Shown here one piece after another: positions 13,333 through 25,800 of a stretch of 64,000 bases of DNA. Every line of letters begins with the position of its first letter. Positions within the stretch are counted from its first letter, which is position 1. Source of the stretch: Macrostomum hystrix (Eukaryota; Animalia; Platyhelminthes); NCBI GenBank assembly GCA_950097015.1, contig CATNEN010000015.1, positions 1,736,001-1,800,000 on the forward strand, in the 5' to 3' direction. The position numbers were made by a program, and so were the translations under genes. A model generated the notes under the pieces. That model had not been told where the DNA came from and searched no databases. It was given only the letters and a program-made list of their open reading frames with translations.

Positions 13333-13798
13333 CACGGCCGTATTCTAGATGAATATCGATGACTTTAAAATAAGGATGGTCATTTGGTCATTGGTTATAT
13401 GGTTATTTTGTATTTGCAGTTAATTATGATTAAGTAGGCATGGCTAAGGGTTTGGCTCATCGCACCTTCACATTACATTTGAGGTGTGCTTGAATCGCTT
13501 AGGTCATACTTTATTCAGTCATGCTGTCATTGCTAGCTTGTTTGCCTAATTATCTTTTGTTTTGTCTGCTACTATCTAACCCTCTTTTACTAACTGAGTT
13601 TGCGATGTGTGACATTAAAGCAAAACTGGTGCATTGTTCAGTTGGGACTAGATAACAATGCTTTAACGCGCGCAATTTTAAAGTCGCCATTTTTGACCTT
13701 GAGAAAGGGCCGGAAAATTCATTTGCGTCCTTTGTTAGTTCATTTATTTTTAATCATCAAAAACTTATTTGCTGCCAACGAAATTCCGGAATTGAGGA

Positions 13799-15070
13799 AA
13801 CAGATCCTCAGCTGTCACTAACAGATCCTCAGCTGTGACTAACAGATCCTCAGCTGTCACTAACAGATCCACAGCTGTGACTAACAGATCCACAGCTGTG
13901 ACTAACAGATCCTCAGCTGTGACTAACAGATCCTCAGCTGTGACTAACAGATCCTCAGCTGTGACTAACAGATCCTCAGCTGTGACTAACAGATCCACAG
14001 CTGTGACTAACAGATCCACAGCTGTGACTAACAGATCCTCAGCTGTGACTAACAGATCCTCAGCTGTGACTAACAGATCCTCAGCTGTGACTAACAGATC
14101 CTCAGCTGTGACTAACAGATCCACAGCTGTGACTAACAGATCCTCAGCTGTGACTAACAGATCCTCAGCTGTGACTAACAGATCCACAGCTGTGACTAAC
14201 AGATCCTCAGCTGTCACTAACAGATCCTCAGCTGTGACTAACAGATCCTCAGCTGTGACTAACAGATCCTCAGCTGTGACTAACAGATCCTCAGCTGTGA
14301 CTAACAGATCCACAGCTGTGACTAACAGATCCTCAGCTGTGACTAACAGATCCACAGCTGTGACTAACAGATCCACAGCTGTGACTAACAGATCCACAGC
14401 TGTGACTAACAGATCCACAGCTGTGACTAGCAGATCCTCAGCTGTCACTAACAGATCCTCAGCTGTGACTAACAGATCCTCAGCTGTGACTAACAGATCC
14501 TCAGCTGTGACTAACAGATCCTCAGCTGTGACTAACAGATCCTCAGCTGTGACTAACAGATCCTCAGCTGTGACTAACAGATCCTCAGCTGTGACTAACA
14601 GATCCACAGCTGTGACTAACAGATCCACAGCTGTGACTAACAGATCCACAGCTGTGACTAACAGATCCTCAGCTGTGACTAACAGATCCTCAGCTGTGAC
14701 TAACAGATCCACAGCTGTGACTAACAGATCCTCAGCTGTCACTAACAGATCCTCAGCTGTGACTAACAGATCCTCAGCTGTGACTAACAGATCCTCAGCT
14801 GTGACTAACAGATCCTCAGCTGTGACTAACAGATCCACAGCTGTGACTAACAGATCCTCAGCTGTGACTAACAGATCCACAGCTGTGACTAACAGATCCA
14901 CAGCTGTGACTAACAGATCCACAGCTGTGACTAACAGATCCACAGCTGTGACTAGCAGATCCTCAGCTGTCACTAACAGATCCTCAGCTGTGACTAACAG
15001 ATCCTCAGCTGTGACTAACAGATCCTCAGCTGTGACTAACAGATCCACAGCTGTGACTAACAGATCCTCA
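13799..15070. repeat. 21-bp minisatellite (CAGCTGTGACTAACAGATCC[T/A]), ~60 copies
   Basis: Direct tandem repeat; source of the AVTNRSS and LLVTAED ORFs. Confidence 0.97.
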
Positions 15071-15129
15071 GAATGTTAGTTCTGAGTTAGTTAACTGCCA
15101 CAGAATGCCTAGAGCTTATCTGAAACACT

Positions 15130-15518
15130 TTGAAGACGCGCTTACTGGTAGTCTTTGTCATGGTCACCTTGCCCAGCCTGTTGGGATGGGGCCAGAATCA
15201 CCGCTTCGTCGCGGATCAAAAGAGCGACACGTCCAGCCGGGTTGCCGTGGCATTGAGAGAGAGTAAGACTGCTGAACCACCTGCTGGCCGTCAGATTCTG
15301 TGGAAGTCCGCCTTTGGCAACTTCAAATTGCTGAGGAGAGCCTGACGATGCTGTCGATGTTGATTATAGTTCCGGGCGAGCTGGCATATCACGTGGTGTT
15401 CCTCAGGCTCGTGTACTGGGCCGTGAGCAAGTTCAGGTGCGGCCTGGCTCAGGATAAATGCCAGAACTGCAGACGGAAACAGCTTCAGTTGGCTGCGATG
15501 GACCAGGAAAAGCTCTGA
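15130..15518 (+). pseudogene. Coding-like GC-rich segment with two hydrophobic stretches in different frames; unidentified
   Basis: Overlapping ORFs 15130-15345 (LLVVFVMVTLPSLLGW) and 15300-15518 (LTMLSMLIIVPGELAYHVVFLRLVYWAV) need a frameshift to join. No family recognised. Confidence 0.3.
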
Positions 15519-15585
15519 TTTTCTTGAAGGACAATTCGAATTTCTGCTTTGACTCTCGCTTCAGTCAGCAAATAAACTGGAACTT

Positions 15586-16420
15586 CTGATTGGCTGCCTG
15601 TCACAAACTTCTGATTGGCTGCCTGTCACAATCTCCTGATTGGCTGCCTGTCACAAACTTCTGATTGGCTGCCTGTCACAATCTCCTGATTGGCTGCCTG
15701 TCACAAACTTCTGATTGGCTGCCTGTCACAATCTTTTGATTGGCTGCCTGTCATACTTTCCTGATTGGCTGCCTGCCATACTCTCCTGATTGGCTGCCTG
15801 TCATACTCTCCTGATTGGCTGCCTGCCATACTCTCCTGATTGGCTGCCTGTCATACTCTCCTGATTGGCTGCCTGTCATACTCTCCTGATTGGCTGCCTG
15901 TCATACTCTCCTGATTGGCTGCCTGTCATACTCTCCTGATTGGCTGCCTGTCATACTCTCCTGATTGGATGCCTGTCATACTCTCCTGATTGGCTGCCTG
16001 TCATACTCTCCTGATTGGATGCCTGTCAGAATCTTTTGATTGGCTGCCTGCCATACCCTCCTGATTGGCTGCCTGTCATACTTTCCTGATTGGCTGCCTG
16101 TCATACTTTCCTGATTGGCTGCCTGTCATACTCTCCTGATTGGATGCCTGTCATACTCTCCTGATTGGATGCCTGCTATACTCTCCTGATTGGCTGCCTG
16201 CCATACTCTCCTGATTGGCTGCCTGCCATACTCTCCTGATTGGCTGCCTGTCATACTGTCCTGATTGGCTGCCTGCCATACTTTCCTGATTGGCTGCCTG
16301 TCATACTCTCCTGATTGGCTGCCTGTCATACTGTCCTGATTGGCTGCCTGTCATACTCTCCTGATTGGCTGCCTGTCATACTCTCCTGATTGGATGCCTG
16401 TCATACTCTCCTGATTGGCT
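15586..16420. repeat. 25-bp minisatellite (TGATTGGCTGCCTGTCATACTCTCC), ~33 copies
   Basis: Period of 25 read directly; each unit contains an inverted CCAAT box (CAGCCAATCA). Confidence 0.95.
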
Positions 16421-16883
16421 GTTGCACTCTCCCTGGTTTTTTCTGCAATAAATATATATTTTATCATTTAAATGTACACATCAAGTACCTTAGTAAGAGT
16501 AAGGTAAGGTAAGACAGCAGAGTAAGGTAACATTTTTTTCCAGGTTCATTATTGAAACCGAAAATTATTTGGGCAACAAGATGAATTTCCACAGTACTTT
16601 TTGATAAAAAATGACAGGTTTATTTGATTTGAAATAATTTTGAAAACAGGAGACTCTGAGTAATTCTAAAATCGATGCGCAAAAAGATGTTATTTGTTTT
16701 GTTCAGGTAATTAAGTTAAGTTCAAGAAAATAAGCCAAAAAAAATAAAATCCGCTCTGCTCTAAAGAAGAAAAAAACAAAATGTACCTTATTTAACTTTA
16801 ACTGAAATTATTTTGTTCGTAATATTTGTATTTCCACGAACTCATTTGAAACTGGGCGTCAATCACGCTGCTATCTAGTGACG

Positions 16884-19800
16884 TCACTTTCCTTCAGCCG
16901 CCATCGGCTGCTGCTGCTGCTGCTGCTGCTCCTGAAAAGCCAGAGTTAGTCATTTTTTATCGATTTTGCTCGTAGTCAGTTTTATTCAGCACTTTTTCGT
17001 TTGTAGTGTGACTTTAGTCGACAACTAGTAATGCCAACAGCAAAATGCAATAGCAGTGACCGCAGACATTACAACAAAGGTGCTTTCTCTAATTATTCTC
17101 AAATATTCGCAAAATTCTGCGACAATCGAAAATGGAAGGACTCTTTGAGAATATAGCTTCTTTATCTTTATAATTTTTTGGTGGCTAGAGACTTGACTTG
17201 CTTGCTCATGCATCAATGATGAGACAGCCCAGTACTTTGTGTAAAAGCGTGAATTGCACTTTAAAGCGGCAAAATGATTGGCAGTTTTATTGCTTATTTC
17301 TGGACTAACAGGCTAGAAACCATGTCTAACAGGTGAGAAACCATGTCTAACAGGTGAGAAACCATGTCTAACAGGTGAGAAACCATGTCTAACAGGTGAG
17401 AAACCATGTCTAACAGGTGAGAAACCATGTCTAACAGGTGAGAAACCATGTCTAACAGGTGAGAAACCATGTCTAACAGGTGAGAAACCATGTCTAACAG
17501 GTGAGAAGCCATGTCTAACAGGTTGGGACAACTTGTCTTACAGGTGAGAAACCTTGTCTAACAGGTGAGAAACCTTGTCTAACAGGTGAGAAACCTTGTC
17601 TAACAGGTAAGAAACCATGTTTACCAGGTGAGAAGCCATGTCTAACAGGTGAGAAACCATGTCTAACAGGTGAGAAACCATGTCTAACAGGTGAGAAACC
17701 TTGTCTAACAGGTAGGGTCGCCTAGTCTAACAGGTGCAGAAAACTAGCTCAACAGATGAGTTATCGTCGTCCAACAGGTAAGAAACCTTGTCTAACAGGT
17801 GAGAAACCATGTCTAACAGGTAGAAAGCTTGCATAACAGATATGAACCTTGTCAAATAGGTGTGCAACAGGTGGGGCTTGCAAGCACATGGATACAAGTG
17901 AAAATAATGTGCGTGGGTCAATTCCATTATACTCAAAAATAACAAGGGACTCGAAATGTTTATAAAACCGGTTTTACTTTGCACATTTTATGTGCTACAC
18001 AGTGCAAACCTGTTTCAGCTTCTCGTAGTGATCCAGGGACTCCTTCAGCGGTGTCACCATGACCTCCGTGATGCGAGGAAACGGCTGAGAATCAGCGAAT
18101 CGGACTGGGCGGTGAATCTGCTGCGGTTCTAACTACGATTCCTGCTGCGATTCTGGCTACGATTCCTGCTGCGATTCTAACTACGATTCCTGCTGCGATT
18201 CTAACTACAATTCCTGCTGCGATTCTAACTATGGCTCTTGCTGCGATTCTGGCTACGATTCCTGCTGCGATTCTAGCTATGGCTCTTGCTGCGATTCTGG
18301 CTTTGATTCCTGCTGCGATTCTAGCTACGATTCTTACTAGTATTCTAGCTTCGATTCCTGCTGCGATTCTATCTACGACATCATATAATGATTATTTAAA
18401 AGTGTACTGGATATAGAACAGAAATAAGCTGTTGAAAAGGTATATAAAAATGTAACTCAGTTGTATCATTATTTAATCAGCTAGAGCAAGCGAAATGTTT
18501 TTCTATTTATAACTTTTTTAATTTTCAGTTTTTCGGATTTTAGCGTGTTTTTCCATTCGAAGAGTCCTTCCACTCTCGTGAAATAAAAAATTTCCAACCT
18601 GTCAGCTCAAATTCTCTTGCCTGCTTCTTCCTGGTCTCGTCCTGCTCTTTGAGAGCTTCGTACTTTTGCAGCGATGACTTCAGCTGGTGCACCATTGAGT
18701 CTTTGAGAGCGGGAAACAGCTGGGTTCGGAGTGGGGTCGCGAAACGATTCGGAGTTGCTTGACAATTTATACTTTTTGGCCCTCGCAAATCATTTAACCG
18801 CAGCTTCCCGTCTTTGAAATTGCGTTTTTCTGGCTCTTGGTTCGTTACTTACTTGTTTTGATTCGCTACTTTTTTGTCATTGAATCGCTTAATTCCTGTT
18901 GCTTCTCACTCAAAAAGTCCTTCTTATACCGCAATTCGTTACTTTTCGCTATTTAAATCGTTACTTATGGTTGGTACTTTTTTAGTTACTTCTCTCTACT
19001 TGAATCGTTACTTCTGGTTTCTCCTATGTCAGTTACTTTTTGCTGCTTAATTCGTTTTTTCTGGTTGCTACTACATCAGTTACTTTTCGTTAATTGAATC
19101 GTTACTTCTCGCTACTTGTTTCTGAGTTTAAGTTTCTACTATAAATTTCTCACCTTGGCCACCGCCTCGAACATCGGGATGAGCACAAACCGGATGAAGC
19201 CTATCTGTGCCGTCGGCTTTGTCACCTTCTCCCGGTCCATGAACGGCGCCACTGGCAGGCCTTCGATTTTCTCGCGATCCGACTGAATAAGTAGTATGTT
19301 TAGATATTATTTCCTTTTATTCCAGCGCTCTCATCAGTTGTCACCTAAAAATGGTAATCCAGACCTGGTTGAAGTATTCCTCTAGAAGGCAGTCGACCCA
19401 CGGCTCGCTGACCTCCATCGGGCGAACTTCGTTCGAAATGTCGCAGCATTTGATGAGAACCATCTTCAGCTGAGTACGGGATCGGTTTTCGGTTGAGCAC
19501 AACTTTATATCCCATTTTTACACAACACCTAGGGTTCTTTGATGTGCCGCCAACCCCAAGTCACTCGGGTTCTTTGATGTGCCGCCAACCCCAAGTCACT
19601 CGGGTTCTTTGATGTGCCGCCAACCCCAAGTCACTCGGGTTCTTTGATGTGCCGCCAACCCCAAGTCACTCGGGTTCTTTGATGTGCCGCCAACCCCAAG
19701 TCACTCGGGTTCTTTGATGTGCCGCCAACCCCAAGTCACTCGGGTTCTTTGATGTGCCGCCAACCCCAAGTCACTCGGGTTCTTTGATGTGCCGCCAACC

Positions 19801-22800
19801 CCAAGTCACTCGGGTTCTTTGATGTGCCGCCAACCCCAAGTCACTCGGGTTCTTTGATGTGCCGCCAACCCCAAGTCACTCGGGTTCTTTGATGTGCCGC
19901 CAACCCCAAGTTACTCGGGTTCTTTGATGTGCCGCCAACCCCAAGTCACTCGGGTTCTTTGATGTGCCGCCAACCCCAAGTTACTCGGGTTCTTTGATAT
20001 GCCGCCAACCCCAAGTCACTCGGGTTCTTTGATGTGCCGCCAACCCCAAGTCACTCGGGTTCTTTGATGTGCCGCCAACCCCAAGTCACTCGGGTTCTTT
20101 GATGTGCCGCCAACCCCAAGTCAACCCCAAGTTCCCATTACCGTGTCCGTGTGATCCTTCTTCGCAAAGTCGAAGCCCTCCTCCGTGCGCTTCTTGAAGT
20201 TCTCAAGAATTTCACCGTGCCTAGCCATGTCCGTGGCCAGGATGAGCATGGTCATGCCCTGCAGTTTGATATCGATATGAGAAATTAAATACTTATAATA
20301 AAAAATGCGAAATATCCCGAAATACGATTCCTGCTGCGATTCTAGCTACGATTCCTGCTGCGATTCTGGCTATGATTCTTACTACAATTCTAGCTACGAC
20401 TCTTGCTGCGATTCTAGCTACGATTCCTGCTGCGATTCTGGCTACGATTCCTGCTGCGATTCTAGCTACGATTCCTGCTGCGATTCTAGCTATTTCTGCT
20501 GCGATTCTGGCTACGATTGCTGCTGCGATTCTGGCTAGGATTCCTGCTGCGATTCTGGCTACGATTCCTGCTGCGATTCTGGCTAGGATTCCTGCTGCGA
20601 TTCTGGTTACGATTCCTGCTGCGATTCTAGCTACGATTCCTGTTGCGATTCTAGCTACGATTCCTGCTGCGATTCTGGCTACGATTCCTGTTGCGATTCT
20701 AGCTACGATTCCTGCTGCGATTCTGGCTACGATTCCTGCTGCGATTCTAGCTACGATTCCTGCTGCGATTCTAGCTATTTCTGCTGCGATTCTGGCTACG
20801 ATTGCTGCTGCGATTCTGGCTACGATTCCTGCTGCGATTCTGGCTACGATTCCTGCTGCGATTCTGGCTAGGATTCCTGCTGCGATTCTGGTTACGATTC
20901 CTGCTGCGATTCTAGCTACGATTCCTGTTGCGATTCTAGCTACGATTCCTGCTGCGATTCTGGCTACGATTCCTGCTGCGATTCTGGCTACGATTCCTGT
21001 TGCGATTCTAGCTACGATTCCTGCTGCGATTCTGGCTACGATTCCTGCTGCGATTCTAGCTACGATTCCTGCTGCGATTCTAGCTATTTCTGCTGCGATT
21101 CTGGCTACGATTCCTGCTGCGATTCTGGCTACGATTCCTGCTGCGATTTTAGCTACGATTCCTGCTGCGATTTTAGCTACGATTCCTGCTGCGATTCTGG
21201 CTAAAATTCCTGCTGCGATTCTGGCTACGATTCCTGCTGCGATTCTGGCTAAAATTCCTGCTGCGATTCTGGCTACGATTCCTGCTGCGATTTTAGCTAC
21301 GATTCCTGCTGCGATTCTGGCTAAAATTCCTGCTGCGATTCTAGCTATGATTCTTGCTGCGATTCTAGCTACGATTCCTGCTGCGATTCTAGCTACGATT
21401 CCTGCTGCGATTCTGGTTACAATTCCTGCTGCGATTCTAGCTACGACTCTTGCTGCGATTCTAGCTACGATTCCTGCTGCGATTCTGGCTACGATTCCTG
21501 CTGCGATTCTAGCTATAATTCGTAATGCGTTACTAACCCAGATTTATTCTAATCGGCGATACAATATAACAATAGCAATAGTTTATTTGGGATAATTTTC
21601 ACCTTTCTGATGCGCTGGAACGCGTCTTTGTCCACATTGGCGAAAATGTTGGTCTCCGGGTTATTGAGTATCTGGAAGGCCACTGCGCAGTGATGGTTCT
21701 CCAGCGGGCTGATGTCGTTGTACCTGATGGCCAGCTCCGTGCGCGCATTGATCTGGTAAGTGTTGTTGTATCCGGGATGGTCCAGGTCGTGACATATGGC
21801 GGCGGTGATGAGGACTCCCAGGTCCTCCTTGGGCAGCAGTGAGTCCAGGCCGCACAGGTGGATCATGCCGTACATCATTTGCGCAACACAGAAGCAGTGC
21901 CGGAAGTTGTGGAACGGATTGTTGCGATAGTTGGCCTGGATGCACAGCTGCGGGAATGCGCACAGCTCACTTAACTTGCTTTTCTACTGTTAGTAGGCTA
22001 AAGCAGCTCTTTTACTATTATATAGATTTGATAGCGAAAAAGCAACTACTGTCGCGACTTTCGACTCTGTTGTTTGCACTTTTTCTTGCATACTTCGTCC
22101 AGTTCAATCTATTTCCTTCTCTTCCGTTACCTCGGCTCGCGGCTGATCTTTCGCTCTCTCTCCCTTTCTCCTTTCTGATTGGTCGCCACCTCAGAGATGT
22201 CTTACCCCCCCATGAGGCTGTTTGCGCCTGCCCCAGTTATCTCTCTCCAGTGGTTCCACCGTGGACTGGAGAGCTGCCGCCAACCCAGCATCCTATTTTA
22301 TAGCTGGATGAATTCAAGCGATAATAATTTAGATGTCCAGATAGTTTTTCTAGTTCATTTTCCACGTTTATCTATAAATGATTTTCCATTTCTACTTATA
22401 GTAGACTACTATGGAGACGATAAGTAAATTCGTCGTTAATCGTTATTTAATGATTATTAAAATAGATTTTTACCACGTACTTTTTGTCTTTCGAGTGCAA
22501 AAAAGCAAACTTTTAATGACCTTTTCACTCACCAGCCAGCGTTTAAGAGTGACCGGGTTCATATTGAACTCCTGCAGTAGGTCCAGCTCGTGGTACATGT
22601 GCTCCAGTAAGCTCAGCATCTAGCCAGTTAGTCAGGGGATTATCCGCAGTTACTATTGAGTTTATCTACCAGTATTTAATTAAACCGATTAAATTATATT
22701 AAATCCGCACCTCGTTTGGCTCCCAGTGCCAGATGTCAAAGGTTGGCTTCTTCAAGTACTCGACAGTCTCCTGAGACAGGATGTACTGGAATCGAGTGTA

Positions 22801-25800
22801 ACAATGAGCGATTATCTGCAATGCCATTTTGAGCTGCTCACTGATCAAGTGTCAGATATACCTTCTGGAATGCCGGGACTCGCTTCATGCTGACAAACTT
22901 GATGCCGTTGTCGGCGCTCACAACTACATTGTCACTGTCCTGCGATGACATCGGAACCCTGAGATGCGATGAGCCAGGCAGAGGGTGCCTTACTGCAATC
23001 ACGCTTTGCAACAGCTGTGCTCATTGCTTCAATGATTGGTGCGATTCCTACCGCAATCGATTCTAGCTTCTATTACTTCCGTGATTGATTCTAGCTTCGA
23101 TTACTTCTGCGAGTGATTCTAGCTTCGATTCCTTCTGTGATTGATTCTAGCTTCGATTCCTTTTGTGATTGATTCTAGCTTCGATTCCTTCTGTGATTGG
23201 TTCTAGCTTCGATTCCTTCTGTGATTGGTTCTAGCTTCGATTCCTTCTGTGATTGATTCTAGCTTCGATTCCTTCTGTGAGTGATTCTAGCTTCGATTCC
23301 TTCTGTGAGATTCTAGCTTCGATTCCTTCTGTGATTCGTTCTAGCTTTGATTCCTTCTGTGATTGGTTCTAGCTTCGATTCCTTCTGTGATTGATTCTAG
23401 CTTCGATTCCTTTTGTGATTGATTCAAGCTTCGATTCCTTCTGTGATTCGTTCTAGCTTCGATTCCTTTTGTGATTGATTCTAGCTTCGATTCCTTCTGT
23501 GATTGATTCTAGCTTCGATTCCTTTTGTGATTGATTCAAGCTTCGATTCCTTCTGTGATTGATTCTAGCTTCGATTCCTTTTGTGATTGATTCTAGCTTC
23601 GATTCCTTCTGTGATTGGTTCTAGCTTCGATTCCTTCTGTGATTGGTTCTAGCTTCGATTCCTTCTGTGAGTGATTCTAGCTTCGATTCCTTCTGTGAGT
23701 GATTCTAGCTTCGATTCCTTCTGTGATTGATTCTAGCTTCGATTCCTTCTGTGATTGGTTCTAGCTTCGATTCCTTCTGTGATTGGTTCTAGCTTCGATT
23801 CCTTCTGTGATTGGTTCTAGCTTCGATTCCTTCCGTGATTGGTTCTGGCTTCGATTACTTCCGTGATTGATTCTAGCTTCGATTCCTTCTGTGATTGGTT
23901 CTAGCTTCGATTCCTTCCGTGATTGGTTCTGGCTTCGATTACTTCCGTGATTGATTCTAGCTTCGATTCCTTCTGTGATTGGTTCTAGCTTCGATTCCTT
24001 CTGTGATTGGTTCTGGCTTCGATTACTTCCGTGATTGATTCTAGCTTCGATTCCTTCTGTGATTGGTTCTAGCTTCGATTCCTTCTGTGAGTGATTCTAG
24101 CTTCGATTCCTTCTGTGAGTGATTCTAGCTTCGATTCCTTCTGTGATTGGTTCTAGCTTCGATTCCTTCTGTGATTGGTTCTAGCTTCGATTCCTTCTGT
24201 GAGTGATTCTAGCTTCGATTCCTTCTGTGAGTGATTCTAGCTTCGATTCCTTCTGTGATTGATTCTAGCTTCGATTCCTTCTGTGATTGGTTCTAGCTTC
24301 GATTCCTTCTGTGATTGGTTCTAGCTTCGATTCCTTCTGTGATTGGTTCTAGCTTCGATTCCTTCTGTGATTGATTCTAGCTTCGATTCCTTCTGTGATT
24401 GGTTCTGGCTTCGATTACTTCCGTGATTGATTCTAGCTTCGATTCCTTCTGTGATTGGTTCTAGCTTCGATTCCTTCTGTGAGTGATTCTAGCTTCGATT
24501 CCTTCTGTGAGTGATTCTAGCTTCGATTCCTTCTGTGATTGATTCTAGCTTCGATTCCTTCTGTGATTGGTTCTAGCTTCGATTCCTTCTGTGATTGGTT
24601 CTAGCTTCGATTCCTTCTGTGAGTGATTCTAGCTTCGATTCCTTCTGTGAGTGATTCTAGCTTCGATTCCTTCTGTGATTGATTCTAGCTTCGATTCCTT
24701 CTGTGATTGGTTCTAGCTTCGATTCCTTCTGTGATTGGTTCTAGCTTCGATTCCTTCTGTGATTGGTTCTAGCTTCGATTCCTTCTGTGATTGATTCTAG
24801 CTTCGATTCCTTCTGTGATTGGTTCTAGCTTCGATTCCTTCTGTGATTGGTTCTAGCTTCGATTCCTTCTGTGATTGGTTCTAGCTTCGATTCCTTCTGT
24901 GATTGGTTCTAGCTTCGATTCCTTCTGTGATTGGTTCTAGCTTCGATTCCTTCTGTGATTGGTTCTAGCTTCGATTCCTTCTGTGAGTGATTCTAGCTTC
25001 GATTCCTTCTGTGATTGATTCTAGCTTCGATTCCTTCTGTGATTGGTTCTAGCTTCGATTCCTTCTGTGATTGGTTCTAGCTTCGATTCCTTCTGTGATT
25101 GGTTCTAGCTTCGATTCCTTCTGTGATTGGTTCTAGCTTCGATTCCTTCTGTGATAATTCTACCTTCGATTTCTTCTGTGATTCTAGCTTCGGTTCTAGC
25201 TTCGATTCCTTCAGCTATTATATTATGGATTCTATGGTTCTAGTCTGGATTCTGAGTTGTAATAGACGTATCACTACGATTATAAAAGTTGTGCATAGTA
25301 CTTGTATAACTTTTCAAACTTACAAAGTTAATTTTTATTAACGACTTAGGATCAGTTTTCTTTGTATCAAGTTTTCCATGGAAACGACACGAAATTGAAA
25401 GACTGCACACATTTTCCTCCTAAACTTCCTTATAAAATTCGCTTACCTAGGTCTACTTACAAGTCAATGTCCGCATCTGACATCCAACACTCGAACGTCA
25501 ACACTGTCTCACCTGGGCGCAAACTAATCAACTAGTATCAAGCGAGAGAGTGAAATCTACTCTACATCTGATTCTCCCTGGAGAATTCCCCCCCCCAAAT
25601 GAGCAGAGGCTTATCACGTGCGTGGGAGCCGCCTCACCTGGGCTCGCACTCTGATCAAACAATCCCCTATTCTCAATCTCAAATCCTCGGTATGCAATGC
25701 GAGTTACATCTCCTCGTCGGATGGGGCCTGGTTCGAGCAAGTGAAGCAAAACTGAAGCCTGGCAACGCACGGATCGAAGGCGCCGCTAATGAACCCGGTG

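Noticed and set aside
13765-15079. 427- and 414-aa ORFs (LLVTAED / AVTNRSS repeats)
   Set aside because: Products of a stop-free 21-bp tandem repeat open on both strands; no unique coding flanks or splice context.
19532-20122. CRISPR-like 35-bp direct repeats (also the 32-bp array at 45854 and the 36-bp array at 12455)
   Set aside because: Head-to-tail with no unique spacers, no cas genes, and eukaryotic intronic context.
20372-21595. 407-aa [11 protein letters not shown]
   Set aside because: Antisense reading of a 24-bp array inside a PDE9 intron.
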